Source of the DNA: Lama glama
Taxonomy: Eukaryota
DNA: 64,000 bases
NCBI GenBank assembly: GCA_028534125.1
Contig: CM052818.1
Location: forward strand, 32,552,001 to 32,616,000
Direction: 5' to 3'
This document shows positions 51,221-64,000 of this stretch, in pieces (positions within the stretch are counted from its first letter, which is position 1; each line of letters starts with the position of its first letter). Under the pieces are notes generated by a model that worked only from the letters and a program-made list of their open reading frames with translations, searched no databases and was not told where the DNA came from. The position numbers were made by a program, and so were the translations under genes.

Positions 51221-53224
51221 CACGTGTGCCAGCTCTTCCATAGCTGGAGGCTACATGCCACCCGCGCTCTTGGGTAAGTAGAGTTCCTGACCACACACAG
51301 CCAAGCAAAGAACAGGGTGGGCTCTGCTCAGACCCGCCCTGGCTCTCAGGACAATCTTCATTTCCCATCAGGCCTCATTCTTGCAGCCACTTCCCAAAGG
51401 CCCAGGCCCAGCTTACTAATACACTGTCTTCCCTTTGCTTTAAAAGTAATGATGTGGGAAACTTGAAAGACTGAAATTTCCTCCCCACCGGGGTTGTACC
51501 AGAGACTTCGCTGTAAAGCCCAGCTGCCCAGAGACTAGAAGAAAACCTGAAATAGTGAAGGCAAACAGACCATGCAAAGATTTATTCTTTACTTTTCAGC
51601 TGTTTGCAGTTATTTTAAACACCCACCTGTGAGGATTGGTACAGAGCTCAGGAGACGCTTCCTGTTTTGAAGACAGAAGACAGAACGCAGGCAGACAGGG
51701 CATTGTCTTTGAGCTTAATTTCTGCCTTCAAAATCCCGAGTCTCCTACAGTTCTAAAAATTTCTGAAACATTTTGATAGGTTCTAGATCTTGACAAGCAG
51801 GAAGTGTCAGTCTCACAACCAAACCGGAAAAAGTCTGCTCAGATGCTAAGCAAACTCAATTAACTAAATTGTGTAAAAGTTCACACATGTTTAAAATCAG
51901 CCTTTTAGGCATCTTTGAATGGTTCCTTGTCTAAAGCAGACCTTTAACCTGATTCGGTCAGAATCTCCAAATAGCATGGTGGTGGCGCTGGGGAAGCCCC
52001 TGCTGGGGTCACAAAGAGCTGAGAAGCAGCTCAGGCTGGGGCTGGAATTACCCAGACACACTTAAGCCTCCTATTAAAAGCCCAAGTCCCAGGATGACTG
52101 TGCCATGCCCAACCTCGCCCCAGGGCATTGGTAGGGGTGGAGGGGCAGCCTAGTTACAGCCAGTGGCAACGTGGTAGGATGGAAAAGTGACTTCCTCAGC
52201 CAGGGGCAGCCAGGGCTTTGGAAATAAAGGAGTTGATTTGAAGCTTCCCAGCCTGCTCTGGGCCATACTCCCCAGGAGAGGCTCACAACAGTGAAGTGGA
52301 CCTGATGTGGTACCTGGGGTGGGTGACAGTAGAGAGGGGGCCACTGGTGGGCCTGCCAGAAAACTTGCTGGCATGAAGCTGCGCCTCAGGGCCTCATCCT
52401 CTAAGTCTGCCCCAGCGTGGTGCTGTGGGCCTCGCTCCCAGGCTGGGGCTGGCATGCCGCCCCTGGAGCCTTCACCTTACCTGTGTGTTTGAGGTCATGA
52501 TCTGAGCTCGAATTCTTCCTGGTCGCACCATGGTCAACCTGCACTGGCCCAGAGCAAGGCAGAGCCACTCCTACTGTGTCTAAAGCCCGAGGCAGGACAT
52601 GACCTTCTCACTGCCAGGACCTCTCTCTGGCTGCTCCTCCATCGCCGGCCCCACCTCTCTCAGCTTCCCTGTGTTCTGACCCAGCCCACATCCAACACAG
52701 CTCTCTTCAGTTTCGCAGTCCGGCCCAGCTGGAGTAACCCGTGCCATTTCAGAGCTCCCACGTGACATCCGCACATCATCTGGCGCTTCGTGCTCCGCCC
52801 AGTCCTTTCATTTCTGGTCTTTCAAGTGTGAAACCTGGCCTAGTCCTCTTCAGAACTAGCCAGAAAGCCAGCTTCCAGAGAGGGCTTTTCGTAATGCCAG
52901 TGTCAAACTCTTCTCGCCTTTTGATACACTGAATAGGTCTCGTTAGAAGGTTCCCACAGGACCAACAGCCGCTGCACTGAAGGTTTTGTAAGGCAGAAGC
53001 AGGATGCCCCAGAGATGTTGGCTACATTCACCCTAAATCAGGCTTATGACAAATGGGCTGGATTTGAATGACCGACTCAGGATCTCTGGGTTCAGGAGGG
53101 CTTGTCCAGCTGCTAACAGAGAGGAGCTTTGCCCCTAAATGGTCTACAACATGTGAGTCTATACTACACATTTCCTCCTGAATTCTTCCTCTCAGCATCT
53201 GCAGCTGGTTTGGCTGTTGTCATG

Positions 53225-53625
53225 GATTTTTTTCTTTTTTTAATTTTTTATGTGTACAATATTATATTTTGACTTTTGCATACATTACAGTGAGGTTTAG
53301 TTTCTCTTCATCTATACAGCTGAACCCTTTTATTTATTTTGCCCTCCCCCCCACCCTTCCCCTCTGGTAACCACTATTCTGTTCTCTGTATCTGTTTGCT
53401 TTTGTTTGATTTGTTCATTTTTGTTTGGTTGGTTTTTGCTTTTGATTATATTTTATATTTCACATGAGTGAAAACTTACTGTCTTTGTCTTTCGCCATCT
53501 GATTTATTTCACTTAGCATGATACCCTCGAGTTTCATCCATGTTGTCACAGGATTTCATCTTTTTTATGGCTGAGTAGTATTCCACTGTGCATATGTGAT
53601 ATGCATTGCATCTTCTTCCTAGGTT
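53225..53625 (-). mobile_element. LINE-1 3' UTR fragment
   Basis: T-rich start, ccctctggtaaccactattctgttctctgtatct...atttcacttagcatgatacc...ttcatccatgttgtc...ggctgagtagtattcca. Confidence 0.85.
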
Positions 53626-53732
53626 ACCTCGATATCACATCTTGTTCTCTTTGTCACAAACCTAGCTATTGGAAAATTCTCTGAGGCTACAAAAGTACAA
53701 GATAATAAAACCTTAAAAAAATAAGAAATTCT

Positions 53733-53738
53733 TTTATT
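53733..53738 (-). terminator. Candidate TOGARAM2 polyadenylation signal
   Basis: AATAAA on the minus strand ~120 nt past the TAA at 53856-53858. Confidence 0.55.
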
Positions 53739-53936
53739 TCTACTTCAAAATATACTATGTACATTTGGAACACTAAGGGAAAGTAGACCAGGAGATTGTT
53801 CCATCATAAAAATCAAATAAGATAAAAATAATGATTGCCCATTTCAGATCCGTCTTTAATCCAGCTGAAAGGGGTGTGAGCTGCCAGTTGTCCTGCTGTC
53901 TGGTCCCTTTCCACTGTCGGTGACCTTGGGGCTGCC

Positions 53937-54545
<609 letters not shown>

Positions 54546-57500
54546 CAGCCCAGGGGAGAGGAAAGAGGCAGACATACCTGGATCGCAATCCGGCCTCTGC
54601 TACTTACTAGATGTGTGAGCTTGAGAAAGTCACCCAAACTTTCTGAGCCTGTTCCCTAATGTGTAAATAAGGATAATAATTCTGAACCAAACTCTCGACG
54701 TAGGTAGACGTTAGGTGGTAAATGTACGAGAAGGCATGAGTGATGGTGCGCTCATCAGCATTACCACCTCGGGCGTTCAACAGCGAAAACGTGCACTAGG
54801 GAGAGAAGTCAAGATGCTCTCAGAACAGCCAGCGGGAGGTGAGAGCAGCATGGCCTCTCCAGTGTCTTGACGCCAAACCTCACGATCAGCCCGGCAGTAA
54901 AGCAGGAGGCATGCACGTGCTTTGTAAACTATCAAGCTCTGCACAGACCCTTCATTCCAGTGACGACCCCACAAATCGGTTATCCCAGGCCCCCCACCTT
55001 CTCTAAACCCCAGAAAATCCAGAAGCAGGCTAAACCTGCTGGCAAGCCCTCCACTCAGTAGATGCCGAGTTGCCCCCAATGTCAAGGCCACGTCAACAGC
55101 TACACCAAGCCACTTCGGAGGGGCTGCTCTGGCCCTCAGCCTTGGTTGCACTACATTCATTGCTAATAATGCTTGCTTGACAATCAGCGTGCTCTGCCTG
55201 TCATCTTGCCAAAAGATAAGATGCTGAGAGAAGCACTTGATTTGTTCATGAGGCAAAGAAACTGGCAGGTTCCCTGGGCAGACATATGCCCAGGAAACTA
55301 ACACTGCCTGAGCTCGAGTCCAGGGCTCAGAGTCTTGCAACGTGACTCCATTTCATTCTCACCCGAGAGATAGGACACTCATCCATTTCACAGAGGAGGA
55401 AACCAACACTCAGGGGTCAAGTAGTTTGGCCAAGACCCCAAGGCTAACAAAGGTGGAGGACAGAAGCCAAGCCTGCCTTGACTCCAAAGCCCATGCTCTT
55501 CCCACCCGTCACGCCCCGAACTTCTTGGAGTTCCACATTTCAGAGGCTGGCCTGGAGTTTTATTTTTAGTGAAACCCCCTATTTGTTCTTCCTTCATCAG
55601 CTTAACTTAATTCAACTCCCTAGGATATTTTGCAGCAGAAGCCCCATGGGGCCCCTCTGACTTCAGAGCCAGGCTGGGACAGCAGGGGACCAGAGAGGAG
55701 GACAACTCCCCTGCAGCTCAGCCTGAGTTCCCGCAGTGCCTCTTCCCGTACACTGTGTCCCTCGACCTTCAGGCCAGACCCTCAGGGTTTCTACACCCCA
55801 CACTGTGGGCCTCCTCAGGGACTCCCAGGGTCACAGAGACCTCCAAAGTAAAGGCCGTCCTCCTTCCTGGGAAGGCAGGACCGCTCTCAATGAGCCAACC
55901 CAGCCATGTCTTCATAAAGTGGGGTCAAGATGCGACAGTTACATTACCTGTGCTGGAAACAGGCACAGTTAACCCGAAAGCCACCGAGTCAGCCCCAAGG
56001 GTGATGGGAGGTGGGCAGCCATAAGGAACCAAAAAACCCCAATAATCCTGATTATCCACCTATACTGAACAACTATAACTCAAAGGCTTCCTAAATCTCT
56101 GCTGAATCTCTCCTGCAGACGGAGGTGAGAACTATCCCAAATGCCAGACCCAGGCAGGACTCCCCTGACCCAACCACAGGTGTGACCTAGCCTGCCGCAC
56201 CCTCCAGGCTCTCCCTCCCGCAGCAAGGCGTTTACACCCGGGCCCCAGGATGGGCGCTTACTTTCACCATCAGTCCACATTCACCCGCCTGAGGAGAGGG
56301 GGCTGGCTCTCTAGCTGGCAGTGTTGGCTTTGGGAGGAAAACCCTATTAAGTTTGAGCTTAAAAGGCAGCTAAAGAAATTAGCAAAAGATTTACTCCCAT
56401 TAAGCTGTGCTATTATTAGTCCACACCTTGAGTCAATTGAAATTTTCTTCCCTGTTCCTGGCTGACAAGGGGTTAACAGAACTATGTAGGAACTCTTGTG
56501 CTTGAGATCTCTTGGAAATAGATGGGAAATATTTACAGTAAATGGATACTCACCTGCCTCTGGGGCCCATAAATTACCTATACAAGGACAGGTAAGGGTT
56601 TCAACCAGAGAATGCTGCTTTTGAGCAACAGAAAAGAGTTTCTTGTCGGTACCCAGGGTGGTTTCAGTTACATGGTTCTATTCTCATCCCAGGGCACCCA
56701 CAGCCCAGCGCTGTGGCCGCATTATCGTCCCCAGCCCAGCCCAACTTGCCTCACCTGCTTGGAGAAGGCCTGGCACTTGGACTGGAGGTAAGGGGCCATT
56801 CCAGGGACACTTAGAGGACTGAACCAGGCCACAGAGGCAAGGCCAAGAGGAGTAGATGGGGCCACAGAGGAGCTGGAATGATGGCCTCAGGCAGGCAACA
56901 TGCCTGAGCACCCTTCAAGGGCCTAATGCTGTGAGGCCCTGGCTGGGCCAGATGAAACTCGGGCAGGAAGGCTGGGGAGAAGGGAGACAGAAGAGGTGAT
57001 GCAGATGAAGCAGGCACCACCCAGGGAGAGAAGAAGCGTGAGAAGGGCTTTGCACGTGGGCAGGCAAAGGGGAGAGGATGGGAAGTCAGCCACTGGCACC
57101 AAGGAGGCAAAGGCAGGGCTGCCCAGGCACAGAGCACAGTACAGAGATTGAGGGCTTGGATCTGCAGCCCAGCTTCTGGGGACAAATCCTGGATTATTCA
57201 CCAAGGGACCCTGGGCACTTAACCTTTCTGAGCTCCGTGTTCCTTATTTCTACAAAAGGAATAACCATGGAACCCATGCCCTCCCTTGTGGGGTTGTTAT
57301 GAGAAGTAAATAATCCAGTGCATATCCTTGTTGGGGGTAAGAGGGCAGAGCCTGGAAGGCCAGGCAGTCATGGGCCTTGTGGGCCATTCCAGGGACCCTG
57401 GACACCATCCTGGACACTGCTTGGGAGACACACAGGGACTTAAGCTGGGGTGACATGTTCCATCTGCATTTTAGGGGTGCCCTTGAAAGTCTAGAGAACA

Positions 57501-57943
57501 GATTGAGTCCTTCTGCCTCCTTCCTAGATGGGACCCTCCTAGGACAGGGGAGGAGGCGTTTTGGCAAGTTCAGTAACCTGCCCAAGATCAGAGCGACAGT
57601 GCTGCCCCGACCTGGCCATGCACCCACAAGGTGGTGTCTACCAGGAGGCATGGCTTTTTCTGATTTATGCAGAGGAACCCTCTGGGCTGGTGGAAGCCAC
57701 CTTTGCAAAGAGGAAGAAATGCGCAATAGTTCCTTTAAAACTATTTTGGTTACGTACAGACCTGCCTCATTTTGACCAAAAACAAAGATTATCCTCTGGC
57801 ACTGTGGGAATTACTTTTAGAAGTAGATTATCAAATTTTTTAAGTGGCCTATGGGGATTATTTGATGATTTTTTGGTCTAAGCGGGTAGTTCAACTGTCA
57901 GCCAGGAGAGAACAGAGATCAGCTGGAAGGCTGGGGTGCTCAC

Positions 57944-58030
57944 CAGACAGACGTTCTGTGACATCAAGCACCGCGCGGCCTCTCAGGAAACGCACCTGCC
58001 CAGCAAACGCTTGCAGGAGGCCAAGTTTGT
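57944..58030 (-). CDS. TOGARAM2: TOGARAM2 penultimate coding exon (TOG/HEAT region)
   Basis: Translation (D)KLGLLQAFAGQVRFLRGRAVLDVTERLS(V); 87 nt, phase 1/1; CAG acceptor, GTGAG donor; joins the last exon in frame. Confidence 0.9.
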
Positions 58031-58551
58031 CTGGAAGAGATGGAGGGTGTCAGTGGCCAAGGTGCTGTGGCCCAAGCAAAGGCACCAGCTGTTCAAGGTC
58101 CCATGGCACCTGCGCAGGGAAGAGGCCCTTCGGCGGCTGAATTAACTTTTCTAGGTCACAATGGAGCCACTTAAAAAAGTGAATGTACAGGGCGTATTTG
58201 GGGAACAGTGAGTGGCCTGGGATAGTTACATGGGGTCCCAAACAGGCCTGCTCTGCTCCCACAGGTCTGGTTCATATTATCTGAACCATCTGTGCTTCCT
58301 CAAAACTGCTGTGATCTAATCAATAGGATGTACCCACAGCCAGATGGTGGGTTACTTCCACAATGAACATTTACTGATATCCTCTGTGTAACAGGCATAG
58401 AGCTAAAAGCTAAAAAAGACCTGGTCCTCCTCCTCCTCCACCACCTCCTTAAGAGACTTCTTTGACAAGGAGACAGACACTTGAACGTGAACTCCAACAC
58501 AGAGTGAGAGGCTCCATGCTCAGGGAACCAAGAGCCTGGGGGTTCTGGAGC

Positions 58552-58647
58552 AAGAGTGACCAGCATATCTCAGTCTGCCCAGGATCTTCCCCATTTTAGC
58601 ACCAAAAGCCTCACATCCTTGGCAAACCAGGTTGGTCGGTCACCCTA
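58552..58647. mobile_element. MER81/MER94-like hAT-Blackjack MITE
   Basis: Terminal inverted repeats agagtgacc / ggtcaccct; degenerate 8-bp flanks tctggagc / gcaggagc. Confidence 0.6.
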
Positions 58648-60227
58648 GCAGGAGCAGGAGCACCCAGCTGGCTCTGGTAGGGTCAGAGGAGGGAAGGCCT
58701 GATTGTGGGTAGCGGACATGTATGACCTCCCCCAGCACCCTCACACCCAGCACTCCAGCCACATGGCCCCAGGAACCCAGCCATCCTGCTGTCCAGCCAG
58801 ACCCATGGGTGAGGCCTGAGGCCCAAGCACTTCCCAGCTTGGATCTTGAAGGAACATTTATTAAAGATGAACCACTAATGGTGAAATCCCAACAAAAGGG
58901 GTGGGGGTGTTCCAAAGATAGAGAGCTACCCTGGCATTCTTTAGTTGTATTTCTGAAGCCAACTCCAGCGGGATCCCATGGCTACTGAATTTAGAAGCTG
59001 CTTCTTTCTGCCCATTCTAGCTGATGTCTCCTGGTTTCCCAAACTAGTAAACTGGAAGTCCTGCCTTCCTCACAAAAGACACACAAGGTGAGGACAGTGG
59101 CCCTTCACCTGAGAAAGGTGTGCTAACCTAGAAAGTACACAAGGTAGGACCAGTCTCCTTTTGCCCCCAGATCGCCTCTGCCGTGACCCGAGGAGGCACC
59201 CAGCTCACTGAGCTCCCCACGTTTTACAACCACAGCAGGCACAGCAGAATTCCATAGGAGACGAGGCAAGCAGCAAAATGCATTCCTCAGGGATGTGGCT
59301 GTGGTACCTGCCTGCACCTGTCTGGGAGGTGAGGGGCATCACCACAGCCAGCCTCAGGAAGTGTGTCCTGGGGTCCCAGGAGGAGACCATCTCAAGGCCA
59401 GACTTCCCTTTGCAGAGGACAGAGATTGGAGACCTGCCTGAGGAAGTCTTTCCAGGCAGGGTCCACCTTTTCTGAGTTCCTTCCCTACCTTGGCACAGAG
59501 CACCAGCAGCCCCAGAGGGGTGCAATTCTAGCTAAGAGCTAATTCCTACTTCCCTTGCTCTACCCCTGAGACCTGTAAGACACACGGAAGAGAAAATGCA
59601 CACATGGACATCATGGACATCTCTGTGGCCTGCGAAAGCTCCACCCACAAGGCCAGAGTCTCTAAAATAATTTGTCCTGGGAGATGAAAGAGATGCCAGG
59701 CTGTAGAATATTGCAATTAGCAAGAAGTGGTCTCAGGCTGTCCTGGTAAAGCTGTAAATGGGTAAGAAGAGATTTTTATAACAACATCACCTGCATTCTT
59801 GCTTCCAGATGCCTCTGTTGGCCCCACCCATCTCAATAGCCACGAGCTCACCCTGAGAACAAGGACTTCTCCCTCCTTGCTCTCCCCCATCAACACTCAG
59901 TCCAGGACATTCTCTGGGCGCAGCTGGACCTCCCACTCCTGGCCACAGACATGGCCTCCCAGAGCTCAAGAGAAGTGGAGAACTTGGCAAATAATTGAAA
60001 ATGCACATCCAGCAGACATCTATCCGTGCCAGACCATGCTTCCGTCATGCCTGGCACACAACAGGTGTCCACTAAATGCTTAAGGAGAACAAGGCAGTGT
60101 TAAAGCAGAGACACTAAGTTGGCCCAAACTGGTCTATAAACCCCAGACACCACCACAAGCAGCTGCTTCTCTGCCTCTGACCCCTTTTATAGTGATGGCT
60201 CACCTTTTGGGTCACACCCAGGTTTAA

Positions 60228-60490
60228 TGAGAGGCAGTAAAGGACAGAGGCTAAGGGGTTGGATTCTGGATCTAGACCACCCAGATTTGAATCCTGGCTC
60301 TTCCACATTTTAGTGTATGACATTGAGTAAGTCATGTACCCTCTCGACACCTCAGTTTACCCAACTATAAAATGGGGATAATACTAGTAACTCATAGAGC
60401 TGCTGTGATGATTAAATGATTCACATAATGCTTAGGACAGTGTCTTGAGCAGATAATTACTATGTAAGTGTCAGCTATTGTTACTACTAT
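60228..60490 (+). mobile_element. Near full-length MIR SINE
   Basis: tttgaatcctggctcttccac...cctcagtttacccaactataaaatggggataatacta...gcttaggacagtg...tcagctattgttact. Confidence 0.85.
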
Positions 60491-61214
60491 TACTATTACT
60501 AAAATACTCCAACAGCCCAACAACCTTCATGGAGGAGGGTCCAACTAAGGAGGTGGGAATCTAACTTCTGAAAACTTAAAAACCCATGAGCCTAGCCCAG
60601 GGTTTTCATAGGCTCCTCTTCTGTACCACAAGGATGCCACACTGGCCTTGGTGCTGCCCACACAACAGGGGAAGCAAAGCCCTTTAATGTGGAGAAAATA
60701 GCCACAGGCTGGCAGCCCAGACACCGTGGCCTCCCCGGGCCTAGCCTCCCCTCTCTGCACTGGGGCTGAGGCCAAGTGGGCCTCACACCTGTCCCATTCA
60801 GCCAAGCCCTGAGGCCACCAGGCCATGCCATCCTCAGGCTACTGGGAAGCAAGAGAAGAGCTTTTAATAAAGCATTGAAAAACATGGTACCACGGACAGT
60901 GGCAGCAGACACTGGAGTCAAACGAGACTCCCGACAACAAGCACAAGGCTCAGTTAAGTTCTATGTCACATGGCCGAATTCTCCATGGCCACCAAAACTA
61001 GGTCTCTTCATTGCAGAAAAACTGGGAATGATCCACTGAAACAGAAAAACACAAGCACGTGACGGAACTGTTCAAACTGACTCAAGTGTGTAATTATATG
61101 TAAATGCTCATGCCCTGGTTTTTTTTAAAGCAGGATGCAAATTTAAATGTGTAATGTAATCATGATGCCAAACGCAAATACACCCAGAAAAAGATACTTG
61201 AAATGAAAAATGCC

Positions 61215-61315
61215 CGGAGGGGTGGGTGGGGAGGATATAGCTCCGTGGTAGAGGCATGCTTAGCATGCATGAGGTCCTGGGTTCTAACCCCAGTACCTCC
61301 ATGAAAAAAAAAATT
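61215..61315 (+). mobile_element. tRNA-derived SINE (camelid Vic-1-like) with target-site duplication
   Basis: ggggaggatatagctccgtggtagag (A box)...ggttctaaccc (B box)...A tail; flanks aaatgaaaaatgcc (61201-61214) and aaattaaaaatgcc (61311-61324). Confidence 0.85.
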
Positions 61316-64000
61316 AAAAATGCCAAATATTAATAATGTTTCTTTGAGGAGCTGGGACTATAAGTGAAGTTTTTTTTCTTTCAAATGCTTCATATTTTTC
61401 ATTTTCTCAGTATTTAGTAAGAATGACTTCTACAGTGGTGGAAAATAAACTTTATATTTGTAAGTTAACTAGAAAGACTGTGTAACAGCATGGGAAACTG
61501 GGTGGTGTTAAATGAAAGGCACAAAGTCAAAATTGTATTTACATTATGGGAATAGAAGAGAGACATTTTTAAGATGTCAGTATATTAGTGAGGCATCACA
61601 GGTGAATTTTTAAGTTTCACTAACAATATAATGTTGGTCACATGATTTACACAAGGTAATGAATTTAAAGTCAGAGCAAAAGAGCAAAAGCACATCTGAA
61701 GCTGCCCATTTTTGAGCTTATCTGTTCTCACCAGTGCTGGCCAGGGGCCGCACTAAATTAAGAGAGGTCCTTTTGGTGCTCAGTCTGAGCAAGACGGGGT
61801 GAGCTGTTAGCAGCCTGATGTTTTAATTAGTGAAGTTCCTTCTGTAACTAACCCAGTAACAGAGCCCCAAGCAGACCCAGCCCATCTGCTGTGGAACTGC
61901 CTTGATCCCCAGAATAACCCCCCTGAAATCAGAAGGTCTTGGTGCTGAATAGAAAGGATGCCACTCCAGGCTCAGCCCTGGAGAGGTCCTATAGCTGTCA
62001 ATGACAAAGGGTAGTGGTCAGGGAGCAGGGCTCCCCCACATCTTCTTTTTGACTGTCCCCCAAAGGGGACATGGGAAGAAACTCTGCTGTGTCAGCCTAC
62101 TTGCCGCCACCCCGCTCACCCCAGGGGAAACCAAGGAACTAAAAGAGACATGGTGGCAGATGAGGTAACTTGATCACCGAATTCCAGAATCAAGGGGGGT
62201 CTTGGGAGGTCACCTAAGAAAGACCAATCTCAGTTTGGCTGTGTGATCTGGACTTTGTGCCAGAAGACAGCCTTCCCTGTCTGTGTCCTTGACCCCTTGG
62301 CCCCCACTGAGCAGGAAACAAGCAGTAACAGGCTGTGACTTTCCATGCTTAAGTATTTCACAGCACTTCACAGCTCCTCTGCAGCCTGGAGCTCAGAGTG
62401 TCTCATAAGGTGTAAGAAGCCGGCTTGGGAGAAAGTTTCCCTCTGCACAGAGGGCTACACGCCACAGAGGGCTCCACGCCACTTCCAGGAGAGCCACCGG
62501 GCTCAGCCCGGGTGATCAGGGAGGAAGATGTACGCCCCTTCCCTTCTGTCACACCTGCACCAGTCTCTGCTTCCGCCTCCCAATCCCCTGGGACAGTGGG
62601 AAGTTTCATTACTTGCATCCATTTTTTTTCCCCTCTGCAGAGGGGCTTAGACCATGCCAGGCAGTAGAGGACCATTCCCTGGGAAACCTTGGTTCCACTC
62701 CTGGTACTCCCTGGCAGTGATAAATTCTTGCTGGTAACCTAAATCCCTCCAGCTCTGACCTTTGTGGGTATGGAAGTCAGCTTATTACTTCACAGTTAAG
62801 AATACTTCCAAAAGCAGTGTTGCTGGTTGGGCTAAGAGGGTACAGCTCACGGCAAAGCCCACAGCCACACCTGCTCCAAATGACCTGGAGACAAGACCTT
62901 GGGCTTCACGCTTCGGGCCCCATAGGAGCCTTGTGCCAGTAGGTTAGTGGGCTCCATCCATCCCTTTGAGTCCAACCCCATGCCCATTCGAGGCTAGCAC
63001 TGACCTAAGGGTTAGAGAAGAGGATGGTGCCTCTCATGCCTCCATTCTCTTGCACAAGATCCTCCGGCTGATGAACCAGAGGGAGCATCATCAGCCATCC
63101 CCAAGGAGACCCTGTGCCAGGAGGAAAGGAGGACTATAGGCAACTCCCTGGACCCTGCAACCTGCCTCAAGGTGTGGTCAGATCACAAAAGCAGGCAATC
63201 CCCAGGCCCCCTTTCTGGTGTCCAGCCCTGGTGGGCACAGCAGGGCCCCAAGTAGAGGGGACCTGAGTCTTGTGAGCACATGAGACACCAGCTTCTGCAG
63301 CCCAAAGCTCCAGAGCCTCAGCCTGCTCGAGGAGGCCGGCTCTTCCCCGGAGCGGGAAGAGTTAAAAGCTCTTCTCCCCAGACAAGGGTGCTCAGCCTCT
63401 TCAAACAGCTAAAGCCTATTTGGCTTGATGCAGGTTTTCCCAATAAATCCAGGGCCCACAGTGATTTACCAAGAGCCATAGTTATTGGCAACAGCAATCT
63501 CACTTACCCAGAGCGGCGCTGAGAACAAGCTGTAATTTAGAGCTGGATTTATTTTGTTTGTTCTACAGCAACAAACTCAGCAATTCATAAATTCTCTCTG
63601 AGATGAAGAGAGGAAATTGACAATATTTATGATCTTGGGAGGCGGAGAAGGGCCTGACCAGGCCTTTGATTTGTAACTGAAACTTCTCCGGGAGACTCCA
63701 GCCAAGGACACAGCTGCTGTCCCAGCCCCGGGGAGCTGGGCTCAGGCCAGGGTGCGGGATGGGGAGGAGGGGTGGGTGTGCCAGGCGGTGCTTCCAGCCT
63801 CAGCATTAGGATGCTCTGTGGGTTGCTCTGTGCCCATCAGGACACACAGCAACAACGTAAACAGCCGTTCTCAGGTCACAGGCTTCCTCACATCAAGGCA
63901 AGACTAGTTTGTGAAAACTTACGAGTCTACTGGTCTGGACGTAGTCTATCATAGACTATGTTCTCACACACCTGAGGTTTCGAACATGCACGTCAGTCTG

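Noticed and set aside
54777..55340. 187-aa minus-strand ORF inside the last TOGARAM2 intron
   Set aside because: No ATG start, no similarity to TOG/HEAT sequence, and the flanking exons already join in frame
56041..56057. TAATCCTGATTA palindrome as a homeodomain dimer site
   Set aside because: Spacer is 4 nt rather than the canonical 3; a single short motif with no other support
61228..61300. tRNA-like sequence as a tRNA gene
   Set aside because: A tail, target-site duplication and degenerate stems indicate a SINE copy

Overview
Mammalian genomic DNA, probably from a camelid (inferred from a Vic-1-like tRNA-derived SINE at ~61215-61315 and matching young L1 3' ends). The window holds the conserved CLIP4 - PCARE (C2orf71) - TOGARAM2 (FAM179A) block. 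Seven coding exons of CLIP4 lie on the minus strand (20436 down to 1342; ankyrin repeats plus the first CAP-Gly domain; the gene continues off the left edge). PCARE is complete on the plus strand (35341-39092 + 43481-43658, 1309 aa). The last two coding exons of TOGARAM2 are on the minus strand (57944-58030 and 53937-54193). A 500-N gap at 21537-22036 probably hides the CLIP4 first exon and promoter. The rest is intronic or intergenic DNA with L1, L2, MIR, LTR and hAT relics. I found no new multi-gene system. The best leads are: (1) an in-frame TGA in the TOGARAM2 last exon followed by an intact 26-codon ancestral-looking C-terminal tail; (2) a GC-AG intron in CLIP4 with a young 79-bp L1 tail inserted just downstream, supplying a sense AATAAA; (3) two tiny uORFs directly before the PCARE start; (4) a triple CAG acceptor and a possible in-frame alternative terminal exon in PCARE. 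Gene identities, human comparisons and repeat family names come from my recall of those sequences, not from a database search.
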